Shown here piece after piece: positions 62,216 through 64,000 of a stretch of DNA of 64,000 nucleotides. Made by a program: the position numbers and the translations under genes. The stretch spans positions 768,001 through 832,000 of the forward strand of contig CAWJEN010000006.1 of the NCBI GenBank assembly GCA_963841915.1, read 5' to 3'. The DNA is from an uncultured Planctomycetota bacterium (lineage in GTDB: Bacteria; Planctomycetota; Phycisphaerae; Tepidisphaerales; Tepidisphaeraceae). The first letter of the stretch is position 1; the number at the start of each line of letters is the position of its first letter. A model generated the notes under the pieces. That model was not told the origin of the DNA. It did not search any database and worked only from the letters and a program-made list of their open reading frames with translations.

Positions 62216-62704
62216 TTAGTTGTCGCTGTTCTGCTCCGACGGGACGACCCGCAGGTCGTACCGTTGGCCGCGGTTGTTGTTGCTGGTGCCGGCGGCGTCG
62301 TTGCTGCCGTCGAGCGGGAGCAGGTACGTGATGTACGTCCGCGTCGGCGACAGCGTCTCGACCGTTTGCACCTCGTTGCCCGCCAGCGTCGCCCGGCCAC
62401 TTTGGCCGCTGACGAGCAGCGTCTGACCACGCTGGACGTGGTACTGGCCGACGACCGAGTTGTTGTTGAGGTCGTAGAGATAAACGATGCCGTCACCCGT
62501 GGCCTCGTAAGAGAGCGAACCCTTGCCGCGGGCCTTCTCCTGGGCCGAGGCCGGCACACCTGCACGCAGGTTCACCGGCGGTTCTTTGGGTTCCATAGCG
62601 GCCTGCTTCTCGGACTCGGACGGCCCGCTCGAAGCGCAGCCGGTAAGGCCGATCGCCGTAAAGGCAAGAATTGAAAGCACACACAGCGGGCGATTAAGAA
62701 GCAT
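62216..62704 (-). CDS. Hypothetical lipoprotein
   Basis: Lipobox LTGC; beta-rich mature domain. Confidence 0.7.
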   Translation of the reverse strand: MLLNRPLCVLSILAFTAIGLTGCASSGPSESEKQAAMEPKEPPVNLRAGVPASAQEKARGKGSLSYEATGDGIVYLYDLNNNSVVGQYHVQRGQTLLVSGQSGRATLAGNEVQTVETLSPTRTYITYLLPLDGSNDAAGTSNNNRGQRYDLRVVPSEQNSDN

Positions 62705-62796
62705 GGATCGATTATAGCAATCGACTGTCCCTTCCGTTAAGGCCTGTTCTCGCCACGCCAGGTAGACGGGCGCGCCCTTTGCTGTGAGGTAGGTCG

Positions 62797-63858
62797 ATGT
62801 TGCTGTACCGACTCGATCCCGTGGGCACCTCTGCCCATCCCGCCGCCGACCCGGCCTGTGCGGCCGAGCAGGCCGACCTGACCTACGTCACGCACGACCA
62901 GCCGGGTATCACCCGCCGCAAGTTCGGCCGCGGGTTTGCGTTCTACGGGCCGGACGGCGAAAAGATTTCCGATCAGGCAGAGATCGACCGCCTCAACGCC
63001 ATGGCCATTCCGCCTGCTTACGCAGAGGTCTGGATCTGTGCCGATCCTCGCGGCCACCTGCAAGCCGTCGGCATCGACGACCGCGGCAGAAAGCAGTACC
63101 GCTACCACGAGGAATGGGCCCGCGTCCGCGATCTGGCCAAGTTCCACAAGCTCTGCGCCTTCGGCCGCGCGTTGCCGAGCCTGCGCCGCCGCGTCGCCAA
63201 AGATCTCAAGCTGCCGGGCCTGCCCCGCGACAAGGTGTTGGCCGCGTGCGTCCGCCTGCTCGACGAAACCTTCATCCGCGTCGGCAACGCCGACTATGCC
63301 AAGAGCAACGGCTCGTTCGGCCTGACGACGCTCCAGGACAGCCACGCCGCCTTCAAGAAAGGCGTCGTCCGCTTCGAGTTCACCGCAAAGAGCGGGCTCG
63401 ATCGCGAACTTGAAGTCCGCGACAGCCGCCTCGCCAAGATCATCAAGTCCAGCCAGGACCTGCCGGGCGAGGAACTGCTCCAGTACCTCGATGACGCCGG
63501 AAACGTCCACGACATCGGCAGCGCCGACGTCAACGCCCATCTGCGAGATCTCATGGGCGACGGCTTCACCGCCAAGGATTTCCGCACCTGGCACGCCACC
63601 GTCCTCGCCGCCGGTGAACTACGCGGCGTCGAACTCGCCTCGAGCAAGACGGCCATCAACAAGCAGGTCGTCGCAGCCATCGACGCGGTCGCCGAGCAGC
63701 TCGGCAACACCCGCAGCGTCTGCCGCAAGTGCTACGTCGATCCACGCGTCATCGAAGCGTTCGAAGATGCCACGCTGGAGGACGCCTTTACCAACGCACC
63801 GGCGACGCGGGGCCTGCGCATCGACGAGCGGGCCGTGCTGCAACTGTTGGAGCGTTAG
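62797..63858 (+). CDS. DNA topoisomerase IB (bacterial, poxvirus-like)
   Basis: IPPAY..VWI, GRKQYRYH, IRVGN, GLTTL, AKDFRTW, LGNT..VCRKCY (catalytic Tyr). Confidence 0.94.
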   Translation: MLLYRLDPVGTSAHPAADPACAAEQADLTYVTHDQPGITRRKFGRGFAFYGPDGEKISDQAEIDRLNAMAIPPAYAEVWICADPRGHLQAVGIDDRGRKQYRYHEEWARVRDLAKFHKLCAFGRALPSLRRRVAKDLKLPGLPRDKVLAACVRLLDETFIRVGNADYAKSNGSFGLTTLQDSHAAFKKGVVRFEFTAKSGLDRELEVRDSRLAKIIKSSQDLPGEELLQYLDDAGNVHDIGSADVNAHLRDLMGDGFTAKDFRTWHATVLAAGELRGVELASSKTAINKQVVAAIDAVAEQLGNTRSVCRKCYVDPRVIEAFEDATLEDAFTNAPATRGLRIDERAVLQLLER

Positions 63859-63903
63859 ACCTCGCCGCTCTGAACACTTCGACGGATGCGGCACCCATCA
63901 TCC

Positions 63904-63931
63904 GCCCCTCGCCCCTCGCCCCTCGCTCCTC
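63904..63931. repeat. Heptamer tandem repeat (GCCCCTC)x3 plus one variant
   Basis: GCCCCTC GCCCCTC GCCCCTC GCTCCTC read directly from the sequence. Confidence 0.7.
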
Positions 63932-64000
63932 GTCCGTTCCAATCACGCCGGTGGCTGAACCACGTTCTGTGACACTTCAGCAGTCTCGACCGCCGCATCG

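Noticed and set aside
62797..63858. Topoisomerase IB as a tyrosine integrase or prophage marker
   Set aside because: The motifs are those of bacterial TopIB; no att sites or phage genes are nearby.

Overview
A high-GC, gene-dense bacterial chromosomal segment. The lineage is probably Planctomycetota, likely Phycisphaerae; this is inferred from the very long SecA, fused SecDF, expanded FliD and an atypical sigma-70. Positions 1-15.3 kb hold a divergently arranged Wzx/Wzy exopolysaccharide locus. Its left arm encodes a priming transferase, Wza, Wzc, Wzx, Wzy and a GT4. Its right arm encodes a sugar C-methyltransferase, an epimerase/dehydratase, UDP-Glc dehydrogenase, a cytidylyltransferase, a PIG-L deacetylase and a GT4. 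The rest is mostly housekeeping: ECF sigma, trpA, fliD with downstream methyltransferase and SET genes, prenyl synthase, Nudix, secA, UbiD, LysM, tgt-yajC-secDF, galE, ClC, hpf-ptsN-HPr, nagB, nadD, sigma-70, nadC, ruvX, manC, an Fe-S photolyase and topoisomerase IB. I saw no tRNA, rRNA, CRISPR array, phage gene or transposase. The best lead is a 101-codon leader ORF directly upstream of secA. It has a signal-like N-terminus and ends in ...LRMPPPMA, making it a candidate SecM-analogous translation-arrest peptide. Other leads are a fliD-methyltransferase-SET gene run, a membrane-protein/lipoprotein-lipase fusion, a GGDEF-like domain on the priming glycosyltransferase, and a hairpin-dense region before a sigma-70 that lacks the WW melting dyad. 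Several single-base frameshifts (ptsN, photolyase, 43-45 kb) suggest assembly indel errors, so fusion and pseudogene calls need read-level confirmation. All product calls come from recognising motifs by eye; no searches were run.
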